DNA of 64,000 nucleotides from a candidate division TM6 bacterium UASB340 (GTDB lineage Bacteria; Babelota; Babeliae; Babelales; UASB340): NCBI GenBank assembly GCA_001468925.1, contig LDIX01000005.1, positions 2,184 to 66,183 of the forward strand, read 5' to 3'. Shown piece by piece: positions 63,104 to 64,000 of this stretch (position 1 is its first letter; each line of letters starts with the position of its first letter). The notes under the pieces were generated by a model. It saw only the letters and a program-made list of their open reading frames with translations, ran no database searches and was not told where the DNA came from. The position numbers and the translations under genes were made by a program.

Positions 63104-64000
63104 TTAAACGGCACTTTCAAACATTTTTGAATAAAGTTTGGACATTTCATCTGTTTCTTCTACATCAATAATTATTTTATCAGCTTCAGTTAATCCTGAT
63201 TTTATTTCGTAATATATATTATCCGTTATTCCAATTATTGTCGGTGTTTCTATGAATGCTTTATCTTTTACAACCCAAACGCTTTTTACGCAATCTGTTT
63301 TTGTACATTTTGCATCTAATGTTTTTATTAAATTTTTATCTGCTTTTTCTATTTTGTATTTTGATGTTTTTGCTATAGCTTCGATAAGTTTATGGCTTAT
63401 TTGAAAAGCTTGAGAATTTATTGCCAAACAATTTTTTACTTTTGCAATTCGTATTTCTGCATTAACCGTCATTCCGGGTCGCAATAACATATCTTTATTT
63501 TCAACCGATAAGTAGGCCTTATAAGCAAGTACGCCACCAACTCTTACCGGTGAAAAACTTACGTCTGTAATTATTCCCTTAAAAGTTTTATCCGGATATG
63601 TAGAAACGTTAAATTTTACTTCTTGATTTTTTGCAACAAGTCCAATTTCACTCTCGTCTATATAAAGTTCGGCTTCCATTTTTGTTAGATCTTTTGCAAT
63701 CTTAAATAAAACAGTTGCGTCAAGATCTACGGTTACCGCTTCACCTTCCGTAATGCCAACTGAAATTACAATACCGTCCTCAGGTGCAGTTATTTTTGTA
63801 TTGTTGTATTCGATTTCATATTTTTTTAAGGTTGCTTGTGCACTTAATTTATTTGCTTTTAGTTGATCGAGATCTTTTATGACTTGTTCAAAAAAATCTT
63901 GAGATATTTGATTGGCTTTAAATAATTCTTGTTGACGTGCAAAATATTTTTCTTGATAAATTAATTGAGCTTCTATATTTTGTAGATCGCCTTTTGCACG
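63104..64000 (-). CDS. second HlyD/MacA-family adaptor, 5' end beyond the window
   Basis: The minus-strand frame stays open from 64000 down to the stop at 63104. My own translation upstream of the ORF-track Met reads RAKGDLQNIEAQLIYQEKYFARQQELFKANQISQDFFEQV...KITAPEDGIVISVG...LFKIAKDLTKMEA. This parallels the 60594..61790 adaptor. Confidence 0.75.
   Translation of the reverse strand, partial: RAKGDLQNIEAQLIYQEKYFARQQELFKANQISQDFFEQVIKDLDQLKANKLSAQATLKKYEIEYNNTKITAPEDGIVISVGITEGEAVTVDLDATVLFKIAKDLTKMEAELYIDESEIGLVAKNQEVKFNVSTYPDKTFKGIITDVSFSPVRVGGVLAYKAYLSVENKDMLLRPGMTVNAEIRIAKVKNCLAINSQAFQISHKLIEAIAKTSKYKIEKADKNLIKTLDAKCTKTDCVKSVWVVKDKAFIETPTIIGITDNIYYEIKSGLTEADKIIIDVEETDEMSKLYSKMFESAV

Overview
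This is a strongly AT-rich bacterial chromosome segment that uses the standard code (TGA, TAA and TAG all act as stops). It is densely coding, with about 55 protein genes and two tRNAs. I saw no rRNA, CRISPR array, integrase or classical transposase.

Housekeeping genes I recognise from motifs are metK, grpE, pssA-type CDP-alcohol phosphatidyltransferase, an HtrA protease, tlyA, an LptF/G permease, glmM, a UvrD/PcrA helicase, dcd-thyX, nfo, a phosphomannomutase, serS, hemW, secD, a Lig1-type ATP-dependent DNA ligase, Fe/Mn SOD, hldE, rsmG, a Znu-like ABC pair and two tandem MacAB-type efflux modules. Between them lie many signal-peptide ORFans and eukaryote-like domains (PP2C, RNI-type LRR, BTB-like). 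That pattern suggests an obligate host-associated or amoeba-associated lineage. My guess is Dependentiae/TM6-like, which cannot be verified from this window.

The accessory highlights are:
1. A small GIY-YIG nuclease gene is bracketed by 31-nt inverted GC-rich hairpin repeats. The same ends also form a gene-less 140-bp mini-element and a solo copy, so the layout resembles a REPtron.
2. A polymorphic-toxin-like operon encodes an 850-aa secreted protein, a 171-aa putative immunity protein, an orphan fragment homologous to the toxin's pre-CT junction, and a MafI-like immunity protein.
3. A tandem family of three secreted RNI-LRR proteins has near-identical junctions, a 144-bp in-frame tandem repeat, a BTB-like domain and CaaX-like C-termini (CEIF/CEMF). 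In two of the three genes the tail is cut off by stops or a frameshift.
4. A second structured repeat family of about 130 bp has long hairpin-containing inverted ends and compensatory stem changes.
5. One tRNA-Leu reads as anticodon AAG.

All functional calls come from motifs read by eye. No database search was run.
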